From Hypanus sabinus (lineage: Eukaryota), in assembly GCF_030144855.1 (NCBI RefSeq), contig NC_082715.1:127286001-127350000 (forward strand): a stretch of 64,000 bases of DNA, written 5' to 3'. Both the position numbers and the translations under genes were made by a program. Under the pieces are notes generated by a model. The model saw only the letters and a list, made by a program, of their open reading frames with translations, ran no database searches and was not told where the DNA came from. Positions 36,701 to 50,356 of this stretch are shown here, piece by piece; position 1 is the stretch's first letter, and each line of letters begins with the position of its first letter.

Positions 36701-36889
36701 TTACGCGAACATTATGAGGCACCGAGGATCAAATGCTCATAATAAGTAATTTATTTCATAAACTAAACCTATAATCCCTCAGCTGCTCCCCTTGCTGCCA
36801 AGCATCCCTCCCCCATCCTTGTCTTTATTGCCCCCTTAGAAACTCCCACTGCCCCCAGGGGGTGACATCACCCACTTTGGGAACCTCTG
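33757..36889 (-). mobile_element. hAT (Charlie/Buster) DNA transposon, decayed transposase; Rex1/Babar fragment inserted at about 34615-35045
   Basis: TIRs CAGTGGTTCCCAAA / TTTGGGAACCTCTG; degenerate 8-bp TSD atgcagag / gtatagag; FSNEAMKP.RL.EHL, FALQVDES, IAFPTSYIVE..F motifs on the minus strand. Confidence 0.92.
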
Positions 36890-36984
36890 GTATAGAGCGA
36901 ACCATACTGGCACAGTCAGTTGAGTGCTACAAGCAAATTGCCTCTTTGTCTAGGAAGCACAGAAACACAACCAAGAGTACAATA

Positions 36985-37500
36985 GTCGTGCCCTGATCCC
37001 TCAGTTGTGCCACATATGATGGACCATTTTCCGACCATCTCCAGCACATCATCGCTCTCTTTCCCTTTCAGCGCTCCAAAGGCACCCTGTCCTTTGAAGA
37101 CGCTTGCCTTCACTCTCCCTTCTCCGCTGATACCCGTCCTTCCTTCCCCTCCCACAGCACCTTTCTGTGGAACTGCAGGAGGTATAACAGTTGTATTTTC
37201 ACCTCCCTCCTCCCTGCTGTTTGGGAATCCAAACACAGATTCCAGATGAAGTAGCAATTAATTTGCACTTCTTCCTGTGTACTGAGTTCAGTGCTCACAA
37301 CATGATCTCCTCTGCCCTGAAGAGACCCAACTCAGGTGGGTGGCCTCAAAGCAGAACCCCCCTCTTCAGTCTGTGAGGTGACTGAACTTCTAATCACCTC
37401 CATCCCTCTTCCACTTTGACCTTCCTACCTACTCCCCCTTCAATGTTGTAAATTAAACTCAGAGTGCACCACCTTCATATTAAATTTTGAGAATACTTTT
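36985..37500 (+). mobile_element. Highly decayed Penelope-like GIY-YIG region
   Basis: Collinear with 39720-40250 (catttccgaccatctcca..., tccaaacacagattccagatgaagtagc). Confidence 0.45.
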
Positions 37501-37879
37501 CCAATCTTTGGAACCAAGTTCAGCATCTCCAGTCATAGTCCCTTTAGTGCGGTAAACAGCACTGATTTTACTATTCATATCTGAAGCTACCAATCACCTA
37601 TCCAATTACCATCCCCTTTCCTATTCATCATTCATTCCCCCGGCATTTCACCTTCTCGGACCCCTCCGCTCCTGCTTTTGGCCACTGTCATTTCCCCTGT
37701 TCTGGCTTAAACCCTGCATCCAGTTAAAATAGAAACATTAACTCTTCCTCCCACCCTTCAGATTCCACCTGACCCACAGATTTCCCAGAGCCCACAGTAT
37801 TTTACAGCGGTATATTAACACAAAATGGTCAAATATTTTCAAGTCAGTGTTATGCTCTGATTTGTATGGTTTCTCATTA

Positions 37880-38605
37880 CGTTCAAAGCTCAAAGTAAAT
37901 TTTACTATCGAAGTATATATATATGTCACCATATATAACCCTGTGATTTATTTTCCTGCAGGAAGACATAGCAAATCTATAGAATAGTAATTATAACAGG
38001 ATCAATGAAAGATCAACCAGAGTGCAGAAGACAGCAAACTGTGCAAATGCAAATATAAATAAATAGCAATAAATAACAAGAACATGAGTTAATGAGATAA
38101 AGAGTTCTTGAAGTGAGATCATTGGTTGTGGGAACATTTCAATGATGGGGCAAGTGAGTGTAATTCCCCCTTTATTCAAGAGCCTGAAGGTTGAGGGGTA
38201 GTAACTGTTCTTGAACATTGTAGTGCGAGTCCTGAGGCTCCTGTACCTTCTACCTGATGGCAGCAGTGAGAAAAGAACATGGCCTGGGTGGTGAGGATCT
38301 CTGGTAATGGACACTGCTTTCCTGTAACGGCATTTCATGTAGATGTGCTCACTGGTTGGGAGGGCTTTACCCGTGATCTACTGGGCCGAATCCATGATCT
38401 TTGGAAGCATTTCCCATTCAAGGGCATTGGTGTTTCCATGCCAGGCTGTGATGCACACTCTCCACTACACACCTATCGAAGTTTGTCAAAGCTTTAGATG
38501 TAGAGGCACAAGGAAGTAGAGGCTCCACTGCACTTTCTTCGCAATTGTACTTGCGTATTAGGTCCAGGGCAGGGCCTCAGAAATAGTAACACAGGAAATT
38601 AAAGT
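37880..38605 (-). mobile_element. Rex1/Babar LINE 3' fragment
   Basis: ITRDPHHPGHVLFSLLPSGRRYRSLRTRTT.FKNSYYP. Confidence 0.9.
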
Positions 38606-39269
38606 TCAATGTGGGTCCATCGGTTTACGTGAAGCACGACAGCAGCTTGTGGCTATTTCTGCTTTTCGGAAAATTCCTTCTTTATTTAAAGTAAGTGCTG
38701 AAATCAAACACCCAGTATTTCAGTTTCTGTAACATGTAGGCTAATGACAGTCTGAATGGACTGAATAGGATGTTTAATGGGAATTTTCTCCCTCTTACAT
38801 GTGGAATTAATCCTATATCCAGTTTAATTGGGTTAAGATAGATCTTTTAACTATGGAAATCTGTCAGTTCCTCTTATGCTTGGTTTAGTCCTGAATGGGA
38901 ACTGCCCGAATCGCGATCCTCAGCAGGCGTGGAAACAGTGAAACTGACCAGACTGAGTGGATCCAAACACACGCACACTTCTTTATCTGTTTCCATGCTC
39001 CGTCATTGCTTAATAACTTTATACTAAAAACAAACCAATTCAATCCTGCAGGAGGTTGAAATTTTAAATAAACATTACATAAAAATAAATTATTTCAACC
39101 TTCAAGATCCTCTTGAGAAATTACAGTTGAAAATGTGATCAAAAGTTTGCCTCCAGTACTGGGATTTTTTAATCAGTTTTTAACTAGCCCAGCTCAGATC
39201 AAGACCCTTCCCCACCCACCAGGAGTCATGGTAGAACTGATTTTGCACAGGCCTATGGCAAGTGAAGAT

Positions 39270-39455
39270 ATGGGACTCAATTGGCAGCATTCCCACCTCT
39301 GAACCCAGAGTACCTCTCCAGGCACAGAGTTCTGGCTGATTTTGAGGAAGTGCAGTACTTTCGGAAGTATCATCCTCACCTCAGCAGTTAGCCGAGGCCC
39401 AGTAGGTTCTCTGGGCTGAATATAGGCTTAATGGCACTAATCCAAGGGAAACCAA
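39270..39455 (+). mobile_element. DeuSINE/SacSINE-type SINE 5' fragment
   Basis: tgggactcaattggcagcattcccacctctgaa head; tgaggaagtgcagtact..ttagccgaggccc core. Confidence 0.45.
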
Positions 39456-39619
39456 CAGAACGGTTCAAGTTTCGCATATTACAGAAGTGACAGTGCTAAC
39501 TACGTGTTCCATTGTTCGTGCTTCAGATGGGAAAGAAACAGTATCAATGCAATTTTATCTTCCCCTCAGGGTCTGAGGTGCAGGGATTTTTTTTTAACAT
39601 ACGCCTAACTGTGCTTTGG

Positions 39620-40700
39620 AGGCAGCTCTTCTGTTCCAATACCTTCAGCGTTGCCCTCAACTGCAGCTCCTTCATTTCCTGCACATCCACCCTCTATCCT
39701 AGCAAGGTTAAGGTTTCCCTAGTGCTATCCTACCACCCTACGAGTCTCAATGTCCAGCACATCATTCTTCAAAAATTCCGCACGCTCCAAGGGGATCCTA
39801 CCCACCAGGCAAATCCTCCCCTTCCCTCTCTGCGATCACGAGCCCCTTGTCCTGACTGTTTGCCTTCCTAGGGCTTATCCCTGTGTGTGACAAGTGCCTC
39901 TACACCTCCTCCTTCACCACTGTTCAGGACCCCAAACAGTCCTTCCAGGCGAGGCAGCAGTCCACCAGCCAGGCTGTTGGGAGCATCTACTTCATATGGT
40001 GCTCCTTGAAACCTGACGCAGACTGAGGGAGCAGTTCGTCAAATGCCTTCACTCTGTCTGCTGCTAAAGGCAGGATCTCCCGATGGACACCCATCTGAAT
40101 TAAGCTACCCACTTCCAAACTGTCATGTCAGTCCATGGCCTCCTCTTCTGACACAATGAGGCTAAACTCAGGGTGGAGGAGCGACACCTCACATTCTGTC
40201 TGTGCAGCCTCCAACTAGATGGCATCAACATTGATTTCTCTAACTTCCAGTAATTACTCCTCTTTTGTCCCCCTGCCTCCTTTCTCTCTTTTTCCATTCC
40301 CCTTTCCAGTTAACCTTTCACGCTACCTTCCTCCATTGTCCTCATGACCTGCCCACTACCCCTTCTATTTCCCACCTCCTTCCCTTTATTCCATGATCTT
40401 CAATCCTCTTCTTCTTCAGTCCTGTTACCTATCACCTCCCAGCTCCACATATCATCCACCACCCCACCTACCCACCTTTCCTCTCACCTGGACTCACCTA
40501 TCAAATGCCACTTATTTCAATTTAACCTCCTATTTGAATTCCAGTTTGTACTCCTACCCCACCCACACCTTCTTATTCGATCTTCTGCCTCCTTCCTTTC
40601 CAGTCTTGATGAACGGGCTCAGCCTGCCCACCGACTCCTTACTTCCCTCCATGGATGCTGCCCAACTTGTTGAGTTCCGCCAGCATCTGCAGAATCTCTT
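39620..40700 (+). mobile_element. Penelope-like element 3' part (RT thumb/GIY-YIG remnant + terminal repeat)
   Basis: LVLSYHPTSLNVQHIILQKFR.LQ.DPT; GPKQSFQ.RQ.-like and IY.IWCS motifs; EERHL.F.L.SLQ..GINIDFSNF; pyrimidine-rich terminal repeat. Confidence 0.8.
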
Positions 40701-41274
40701 GGGAGTTTGTCACCCCTGAGATCCTGTATTTTTAGAGTCACTCTAAAACAAATCTCAATCCAGTAAAATAACCGGATACTGGAGCAATCCTGAGTGTTAA
40801 AAAGAAAATTCCCTTAACCCCGGTCAATCAGCAAGCATTAATTCCAGACCGGGTGATCAGTGACCTTTTAAGTGAGGAATTGTAAAATGGATCAGAGCGC
40901 GCACTGCTTTCAATCTCCTGTGGAGGCATGTTGGGAGGGCAGTGGTTGTCCTCCCCTATTCTCTTCAAGCAGTGGAGGTAGACTCCTGGGAATTAAAAGC
41001 ACTTTGTATCTTCACATTGGTATAATATGGGGATACAATCGAAGATCTTTGTGAGGAGAGTCATGTAGAGGATGTCATTCCTTTTCAAAATGTTCCATAG
41101 TTAAAGTCTCAGAATTGTACTGTACAGAAACGTCTTTTCCACCTACCAACTCCATTTGTCTACACCAGTCCCATATTGTTTGGTGCTTTGCCTACCTCCA
41201 TCACCTCTACCCAGAGGTACAGTCCCATTCTCAAACTCCTAATTCCACTTTTCTTGGTTAATCCCTTACAATGA

Positions 41275-42200
41275 GCCACAGACCACAAACTGCAGAACAG
41301 GAGCAGTCCGTCAGCCCGTAATCTGTTCCGGCCTGGTTTTCTGACTATACCTGCCCCTGGATCCTAGCCCTCCATACCCCTCTCATCCATGTACCTATCG
41401 AAACTTCTTTTAAATGCTACAACTGATTCCACATCTCCCACTTCGACTGCCAGCTGATTCCAAACGTGCACTGCCCTCTGAGTGAAGTAGCTACCCCTTT
41501 CACCCTAAACCTGTGGCCTTTATTTCTAGTCTCACCCACGCTGAGTGGAAAAGGCCTGCACACCTTCATCCCTTGTAATTTTATACATCTTACAAGATCT
41601 CCCCTCATTCTCCTGCGCTCCAGGGATAAAATCCTAAACCTTCTCAATCTATCCCTGCAGCTCAGGTCCTCCCGTCTCAGCAACATACTTGCAAACTTTT
41701 TCTGCACTCTTTCAAACAGATCGATATCTTTCTTGTAGGTAGGTGACCAGAACTGTACATAATATTTAAAATTCTGCATCGCCAATGTCTTATCCAACTT
41801 CAACGTAACATCACACCTCCTGTACTCAAGTGCCCTGATTTATGAACGCAAATGCACCAAAAGCTCTCTCTGTGACCCTGCGACACCACTTTCAAAGAAT
41901 TATGGATCTGTATTTCCAGGTCCATTTGTTCTATCACACACCCCGGTGCCCAGGCATTCACTCTGTAAGTTTCACCCTGGTTTGTCCTCCCAAATGGCAA
42001 CACAGTGGCATTAAGTTCCATCTGCCATTTTTCAGTTTATTTTCCCAGCTGGTCCAGAGCACTTTGCAAACTTTGATAGCCTTCCTCAAGGTCCACTATG
42101 CCCCCAGTCTCGGTGGGATCTGCAAATTTTCATTGCATTATCATCTAAATAATGAATGCAGATGATAAACAACAACAGGCCTGACACCAATTGCCGGAGC
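41275..42200 (-). mobile_element. CR1 LINE 3' portion
   Basis: YYVQFWSPTYKKDI..ERVQKKF, SLERRRMRGDL. Confidence 0.88.
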
Positions 42201-42439
42201 ATACTCCTATCGTCACTTCAACAGTTGTTTTTGCCTGACTTGAAAATGCACCATTCTGTTTACGCTTGCCACTCTATTCACTGTTGCCTTTATCAGTGCT
42301 GCATACGTTTCAGGCAAGCAAGGTGTTTTATTTCACCCAGGTGCTTACGACAACGTAAGAAATAGGAGCAGGTGTCGGCCATCCGGCCTGTCAAGTCTGC
42401 TCTGTCTCTCAATAAGATCAAGATCATCTGCCCATCCAG

Positions 42440-43060
42440 TTCAAGTTCAATTTCTTGCCGTTCAACCATCACCGACCTTCCTCCGCACAAGGTGCTCAAC
42501 ACAGTGCACGCGACTCACACACACGCAAAGTAATATTATCACAAATTAATCGATGAACGTTAATGTGCATTTATGACACAAATCAAAAAAGTCAACAGTG
42601 CAACACTACTGTGTTTCATAGTGATGAGACCTGGGTGCTGGCAGGGAGTTCAGTCGTCTTACGGCCTGGGGGAGGAAGCTGTTTCCCATCCTAACAGTTC
42701 TTGTCCTCATGCTATACCATACCTCCTGCCTGATGGTAGCAGGTCAAAGAGATTGTTGGATGGATGGGAAGGATCATTGACAACATTAAGGGACCTGCAT
42801 ATTCAGCCCTCCTGATTGATATCTCTGACATGTGGAATGATCCCCTCAACAGTCCTCACAATTCTTTGTAGGGACCTGCGATCAGATGCCTTGCAATTCC
42901 TGTCCCAGACAGCAATGCAGCTGGGCAGAACACTTGGTGTTACTCCTGTAAAAATTGGTTAGAATGGGGGAACAGGTGGAGCCTCAGTCTCCTCAGGAAG
43001 TGGAGACCCTGTGTGGCTTCTTGAACAAAAGGACGGTGTTGAGGGACCAGATGAGATCGT
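42440..43060 (-). mobile_element. Rex1/Babar LINE 3' fragment
   Basis: DPSHPSNNLFDLLPSGRR motif on the minus strand. Confidence 0.8.
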
Positions 43061-44059
43061 GGGCTCAGCGCCATCTACGTGCCTTTTCTGCATAATTCCC
43101 TATCATGCAAAAATATGTTGAACTACAATAGCCTCTACTGCTTCATTGAGCAGAGATTTCTGCAGATTCACAATTCTCTGGAAAAAACAATTCCTCGTCA
43201 TCTCCCCTGAACTTTGAAGCTATGGAACCCCTACTGAAAACAACTTCCATGCCCCTTTTCAATCCCTTTTGTAAACTAACGTGTTCCCATAAGGTCCCAT
43301 CTCTCGGTTTCCTGAATTCCAATCTAATTTGAACCTGAATCTGTATTGAAGTGCCTCCTGAATGTTGTTGAGAGTTGTGGTGAGCAGAATGGAGACCTGA
43401 TCTCAGAATTAACGGGAAGTGAAAATGACTAACCACTAATAAAGAAAGAAGGCATTTCATCCACTGATGCCAGTGAAAATCTTAAACTTCAGAATCAAAA
43501 CACGCGCATGTTGAAAATCTAAAATAGGATATTCAGCAGGTCAGGCAACATCTATGGAGAGTGAAAAAGGGTTAACGCCTCAGGTCGATGGCTTTACGCC
43601 AGGAACCGTTGAACTTCATCTTCGCTCCTCGGTAATTTCAGCTTAAGACAGAAAGAAACAAAATCTCCCTAAATCGGTGACGTAGATTGCCAAGCAACAG
43701 GAAGCACACTAATTAGTTTCAAATGCAGTTTCACAGTAGTCGTCAGCAGCCCATTGAGTTTCCACAAAAACGACAAGGACAGCAACAATATGGCAACAGT
43801 ATGGGGTATGTAGTAGTCTTGTACAGTAGCGTGCAAGGTTACTGGATTAGCAGCCAGAATTCTAGAGCTTTCATTCTGTGAAAGGAGTTCAAATCCCGCC
43901 CAGGCAGCTGAATATGAAGCCAATTAATTAAGGTATTCAAATAAAAAGATCTGAACCAATTTTTTTTATTTGTTTCCATTAATATTGTTTAAGGAAGGAA
44001 GTCTACAATCTCACTACCTAGCCTATTTGTGACACCAGGAACTCCAGAATGGTTGGATC

Positions 44060-47000
44060 ATAGAGGTATTGAAATGTAGAGCACAGAAACAGGCCCACTG
44101 GTCGACCATATCCATGTCATTGTTTTTACCCAGCTAACTAATCCCACTTGCCTGCACCTTCTGTATCCTGTGCCTTGCTTGTTTTAGCTTGTGTAACTGT
44201 GTCTCAGACATTGCAATTACATTGGATTCCACCTCCTCCACTGGTGACAAGTTCCAAATATCAACCACTACCTGTGGAAAGAAAAATCAGCCCTCAGGGT
44301 TCCTCTCCGTTAAAACTATACCTTCTTGTTTTCGATATCCCTCCCCTGGGAAACATACACACTATCTACTTTACCCATACCTCTCATAAAATGATATACA
44401 TCTGCCCAATCTCCCCTCAGCTTTCTTCACTCCAGGGAAAACAAGCCCACTAGACTATAAAGTCTATCCCAATAAGAAAGACCTCCAAGTCCACGTAACA
44501 TTCTGGTGAATCTGCTCTGCACTCTCTTCACTGCAGTCACGCCCTTCTTGTTAGCTGGCAACCACAACTGCATGCAATGCTTTAGGGCTGATGTAACCAA
44601 GTTTGTAAAATTGCAAAGTAATGTCCAAATTTTAATATTCTGCCCTAACCTATGACAGCAATGATGCATGCCCTTTCTTCACCACCCTATCTAATTGCTT
44701 TGCCACTCTCAAGGAACTTTGGATTTGAACCCTGAAGTCCACCTGTTCATTAACATTCTTCAGTGCCCTACCATTTACTGGAATTTTTTTTTTACTTTCC
44801 TTGTGCTTGCTCAGTTTAATTTCCATCAGCCACTGCTCTGTTTGGTTTTTCATCTGATCTTTATTCTGTTGTAACCTTAAACAAACTTCTTCGCTGTCCA
44901 CAATACCGACAAGTTTCATGTCATCCAGAAACTTACTAGTCATAACTGCTATATCCACATCTGAGTCATTAATATTTCATCGCAAACACCAGGGGTCCCA
45001 GCATTAATTCTTGCAATACACCACTTCCAATAAGCTTCCATTCAAATTAGTCTGGCAGGATTTATTCTGCACAAAACCATATTATTTCTGATCAGCCCCT
45101 ATCATTCAAAATATACATTAATCTCACCTCCTGGGATTTTCTCCAGTAATTTCCCTGTCCCTAATACAAGACCTCCCCCCCCCCCCCCCCCACAGCCTGC
45201 AGTTTTGAGGCTTGCCGCTGATGCCCACTTTGAATAAAAGAGGCTAACCTCCAGTCTTCCGACACCTGACTTGTGACTAATGAAGACACAAGAATCACCT
45301 GGGCTACTGCAGTCTCCTTGCTCACGTCCCAGGGCATCTGTGATAGATTTAATTCCATCCAGGGGATTTGTCAGCTCTTACACATCCAATAACACCTCCT
45401 TCTTCCTAATTCTGCACCAGATTATCCATGTACTCTTCCCTAAACTCACAACCTTCCACATCCTCCTTCTTCCTGGATCCAGATAAAGCCTGAAGACCAC
45501 AAGACTCAAGAGCAGTTTTAGGCCATTCAGGCCTCAGAGTCTACAGTGCTACTCCATCATGGCCGATTCATTATCCCGCTCAACCCCATTTGCTTTCTCC
45601 CTGTAACCTTTGGCACTTCCCAATCAAGAACTACCAACCTCAGCTTTCAATATGCCCTCTGACTTGCCTCCACAGTTTCGCCACCCTCTAGCTAAAGAAA
45701 TTCCTCCTTATCTCTGTTCTAAAGGGACATATATTTTTTATTTTGATGCTGTGCCCTCTGGTCCTAGACTGCCCCACTGCAGGAAACATCCCCTCTATGT
45801 CCACTGTGGGCCTTTCAATAGGTTTCAATAAGCCCCTCCACCCAATTCTTCTAAACTCCAGTGAGTACAACCCAGGGCCATCAAACGTTACTCAAGTGTT
45901 AACCCTTTCATTCCCAGGATCATCCTCATGAACCTCCTCTGGACCCTCTCTAACGTCAGGACATCCCTTTTCAAATAAGGGGCTCAAATCCGCTCATAAT
46001 ACTCCAAGTACAGACTGACCAGTGCCTCAGTATAATATCCTTGCTTTTACAGTATATTCTAGTCCTCTCAAAATTAACGCTAACATTGCATTTGCCTTCC
46101 TTGCAACCGACTCCATCTGCAAGTTAACCTTTAGGGAATCCTGCACCAGGGCTCCCAAGCCCCTTTGCACCTTTGAGTTCTGGATTAGGAAATTGTCTAG
46201 GAAATAGTCCACACCTTTACTTTTTTTTAAAATCAAAGTGCATGGCCATATAAACTGTTCTCCATCTGCCACCTCTTTGTCCTTTCCCTCAATGTCTAAG
46301 TCCTTCTGCAGACACCCTGCTTCCGTAACACTACCTACCCCTCCACTTATCCTCGTATCATCTGCAAACTTAGCCACAAAGCAATTAATTCACCATCCAA
46401 GCCATTGCCATATATTGTGAAAAGTAGCAGTCCCAACACTGAACCCTGTGGAAAACCACTAGTCCCTGCCAGCCAAGCAGAAAAGCCCCCCCATTCCCCC
46501 TTTTTGCCTCCTGCCAATCAGCCAATGTACCTTTTCTGTAATACCATGGACACTTACCTTGTTTAGCAGCTTCGTGTGCAACATGTTGTCAAAGGCCTTC
46601 TGAAAATCCAAGTAAGCAACATCCACTGACTCTCCTTTGTCTATCCTGCCTGTTATTTCCTCAAGGAATTCCATCAGATTTGTCAGGCAAGATTTCCCCT
46701 GAAGGAAACCATACTGCATTGGGCCTATTTTATCACGGGTCTCCAAATATCCTAAAACTTCATCCTTAATAATGGATTCCAACACCTTACCAACCACTGA
46801 AATCAGGTTAACTGCCCTATAATTTCCCGTCTTTTGCCTCCCTTCCCTTCTTAAAGAGTGGAGTGACATTTACAATTTTCCAGTTCTCCATAATCTGTTA
46901 AGAATCTAATGGTTCTTGAAAGATCATTACTAATGCCTCCACAATCTCTTCATCGACCTCTTTCAGAACCCTGGCGTGTAGTCCATCAGGGCAGGTGACT

Positions 47001-47610
47001 TAAACTACGCACCTTTTCAGCTTCCCAAGTAATTTCTTCTTGGTAATAGCAACTGCATTCACTTCTGCCCCCAGTGCTCTTGGATTTCTGGCATACTGCC
47101 AGAAATATTGAGAACTATCCCTATAGCACCTACTCCACATTGTCTGGATCCATACACATTGATTACCCCTTTCATCTCTAACAAAACTAATATCTTCCCT
47201 GGCTCCCCTTTTGCTCCTAACATATTTATGCCTTGGGATTCTCTGTAATTTTGTTTGCCAAGTATATTTCATGCCCCCTTTTTTTGCCCTCTTAATCTTT
47301 TTAAATTCTCTCTTACACACTCTATTCCTCCAGACTCTCTTGATCCCAGTTGCCTATACCTGTTGCATGTTTCCTGTTTTTCCTGATCAAACCTTCAATA
47401 TCCCTTGTCATCCAAACATCCTAATCCTGCCATCTTCACCTTTATCCTTACTGACTATGCTGGTGTGGACTTCTGCAAACTTTCTTCTAAAAGACTCCTG
47501 CTGCCAGACATAAATTTACCAGAAAACATCTGCTCCTAATCTACTTTCATCAGGTCCTCTCTTACACCATTAGTCTCAGCTTTCTCCAATTTAAGAGCTT
47601 AACGTGAGAA
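44060..47610 (-). mobile_element. Cluster of nested CR1 LINE fragments
   Basis: SKFLDDMK; AKFADDTRI; GNYRAVNLISVVGKVLESII; GKSCLTNL; YLDFQKAFD. Confidence 0.88.
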
Positions 47611-47983
47611 CCAACTTGACCCCTTGAGTTTTAACTTCCGCTTTGGTTCAAGGATAATTAAGGAGAGACATTAAATTACAACATTACCAGTGATGTTCAC
47701 ATTCAATAAGTAAACTAAAAACAGAACTAAGTTCTGAGGCAAGTTTGCATATTACCATTAAGTGTATTACACAATATAGGAATTAATTATCATGAAGTGC
47801 TAAGTGTTAATAGTGCATTCCTGATTAAGCTTTCTGAGTTCCTACAGCATCTTAGGCTAGGATTTTGGAATATTAACTCAGGTCAGTGCCATGCCAACTG
47901 CTTCAGTCTAAATTAACCTGGTCCAATTTTCCTCCAGATGCACTGTAAACTCCTGCCAAGATCTATACTGGTACATATCTATT

Positions 47984-48362
47984 CACTGAGGTTGGGATTC
48001 TCTGCCTGGATGGTCGAGTAGATTATTGGTGGGCATCTTCTTGCTGAGATTGAAATGCCTGGATTGTAGAGTATAGATTATTGAGTACATCTTCTCACTG
48101 AGTTTGGAACTCATGTACATGGATATTTTCAGTAGATTACTGGGGGCATCTTCTCACTGAGGTTCGAACATGTACATGGACATTTTGAGTAGATTATTGG
48201 GAACATCTCACTGAGGTTGGAACTCCTGTGCATGGACATTTTCAGTAGATTATTGGGGGCATCTTCTTGCTGAGGTTGGAATTCTCTGCCTGGCTGTTTT
48301 GAGTAGATTATTGAGGGCATCTTCCCACCGAGGTTGGAACTGGATGCTTGAGTAAATAATTG
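47984..48362. repeat. Minisatellite, about 7 units of about 57 bp
   Basis: Consensus approx. gagtagattattgggggcatcttctcactgaggttggaactcctgtgcatggacatttt; gattattg-type anchors at 48021, 48076, 48135, 48192, 48248, 48306. Confidence 0.92.
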
Positions 48363-48972
48363 GAGGTAGATAATTTTTTGAGAGCTCAGGGAGCTGAATG
48401 CAATGAGGAAGTGGTCCAGAGACCACTATGTCCTGAGGAGGATCAGGCGTGAACACTGAGTGGCCTACTCCTAATATTTACTTGTATCCTCACATTAGGA
48501 CTTCCATTCCAGCAAAGGGAAGGGAGATGTTGTCAAGCACGGAGGTTGACAGCCAGACCAGGACAAGAGAAACAGCCTCCTGAAACAAAGTTAGTGCAGC
48601 ATTTCCTCAGTATTGTGCCTTATGTTAACCTTATGACCTGATCAACTCCAGGGCCCGAGTGTGAATTCTGAGCCAGAGAAAGGAATGGCTCTGAGTCAGC
48701 CTAACCCATGGGGCAACCCATCAGATTCCATCAGGTTTATAACTGATTACATAACTTTCTTCTTCTTGTTTTTGCTGTCCTGCTTTAATAAAACAAAAGT
48801 GACATGCTAGAGCACTGTTGAATGAGATGATAAAAGCCCACTGACAACGATCACATCACGGTGACAGAGTGGCTCTGGATAGATTCCAAGAAAAACACGA
48901 GAGAAGTAAATCATTCTATGGACTCTGCTGCGAAGGTGTGGTTAGCATGGCCCCCGCTGTCTGCTTTGTTAC

Positions 48973-49048
48973 CTTCTTCAGTAACTGAAGGTGGTCAATA
49001 AGTGGTCCCATGAGTGTGTCCACCATGTTTTCCAATGGCTTGTCATGA
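48973..49048 (-). CDS. Candidate internal exon (HDKPLENMVDTLMGPLIDHLQLLKK)
   Basis: ttttttgcctcctctgctgtttgaag| acceptor, AAG|gtaac donor, amphipathic-helix-like peptide in unique DNA. Confidence 0.3.
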
Positions 49049-49219
49049 CTTCAAACAGCAGAGGAGGCAAAAAAGCCCTTTTCCTTACAAGGTCCATCAG
49101 GTGCTTTTGTTCCTGAGATTACTGTCTGCTCATGCACAAAATGGCACAGCTGGTGCCTTGGCAAAACAGCAGTCACTATAACAAAGTGCAGACACAGTAC
49201 AGGAATGGTAAGAGACGTC

Positions 49220-49545
49220 ACTGAAACAGGTCTTTCAGCACTCCCACCACCCCCCTCCCGATCTGTGCCAACCATCAGCCACCCACATCAATCCCATGTT
49301 CCCCAGGTTCTCATTCACACACCCAAGCTTCTGCCAGTCACCTACACCCCAGGATCAGTTTACAGTTGACAATCAGCCTCCCAATCCACACTTCATTGGG
49401 ATGTGGGTGGAGGCCAGGAACCCTGGGGAAAGCTAACACAGTCACAGGGAGAACATGCAGCCTCCACGCAGACCGCGCCCAAGGTCAGGACTGAACTCAG
49501 CTCTTCTCACCGCGAGGCAGTGGCTCTGCTAGCTGTGGCCCTGTT
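49220..49545 (-). mobile_element. HE1-type SINE
   Basis: ggagaacatgcagcctccacgcagac..aggtcaggactgaact on the + strand is the reverse complement of the SINE head. Confidence 0.65.
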
Positions 49546-50301
49546 CCAGTCTTTCTAAGCGCACACAACCGTGGGTCGGTCTGAACTGGATAGGCTGCAC
49601 GTTCTCGACCAGGAGGTCCCATGTGCGGACAGGTGGAAGGTACAATGAGCCTCGCAGAGTGAGCAGACAAATAGCTCGTGAAATTTAGCATTGTCGTGTG
49701 CTCATTGTGTCTGCTGTTAAAGTTGCCACAGAAAGGGAGTGAAAGTGCAAAAGTAGCAGACAATAGCAATTGGAAATAAAAACTAAACAAGTGGAAATAC
49801 TCAGCAGGTCAGGGGGTAAATGAAAAGAAAGAGAATTATTTAAATAAAATGCTCTTTGCTAGAATGGAGATGGAGGGAAACAAGTAGTATTATGGTGCAG
49901 AGAAGGTGGAGGGGGTGGATAGGACAAAGGGAATGTCTGTGATAGGGTGAGGTGAGGGTTGCTATGGAGAAAACCTGTTGATCAAGCCATCTGATTGAAG
50001 GGTTAATGTGGGTCATTATAGAGAGAAGAAAGCACAAACCAAAGCTCCGAAACGCAGATCAGTACTAAAGGAAAAGTCCAAGTAGATCAAAGAAGAGAGA
50101 AACCAAGTTAACATTGCAGGTGAATATCCCGCCACAGGACTGATCAGTTCTGACACAAACAGAGAAATCAGGTTAACTGTTGTTATGATATCGAGTCCGG
50201 AAAGCTGCATCTTGTACAGAGAGAAGGTGAGGTCCTGTTCTTCAAGTTTACTATGAGCCTGATGAGAACACAGCCAGAGGTCACGGGTTGATGGGTTAGG
50301 C

Positions 50302-50356
50302 CATGGGGTGTCAAACTCATTTTAATTGTACGCCGGGCCGGAGTTTGACACCTATG
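50302..50356. mobile_element. 55-bp hAT (Charlie/Buster-type) miniature element
   Basis: TIRs CATGGGGTGTCAAACTC / GAGTTTGACACCTATG; perfect 8-bp TSD GGTTAGGC with central TA (50294-50301 / 50357-50364). Confidence 0.85.

Noticed and set aside
47984-48362. CRISPR-like array
   Set aside because: Inter-repeat segments resemble each other, the context is vertebrate and there are no cas genes; it is a minisatellite.
49572-49713. Minus-strand exon candidate (RHNEHTTMLNFTSYL...)
   Set aside because: Weak donor (|gttgtg) and a stop in the frame required by the upstream candidates; not listed as a feature.
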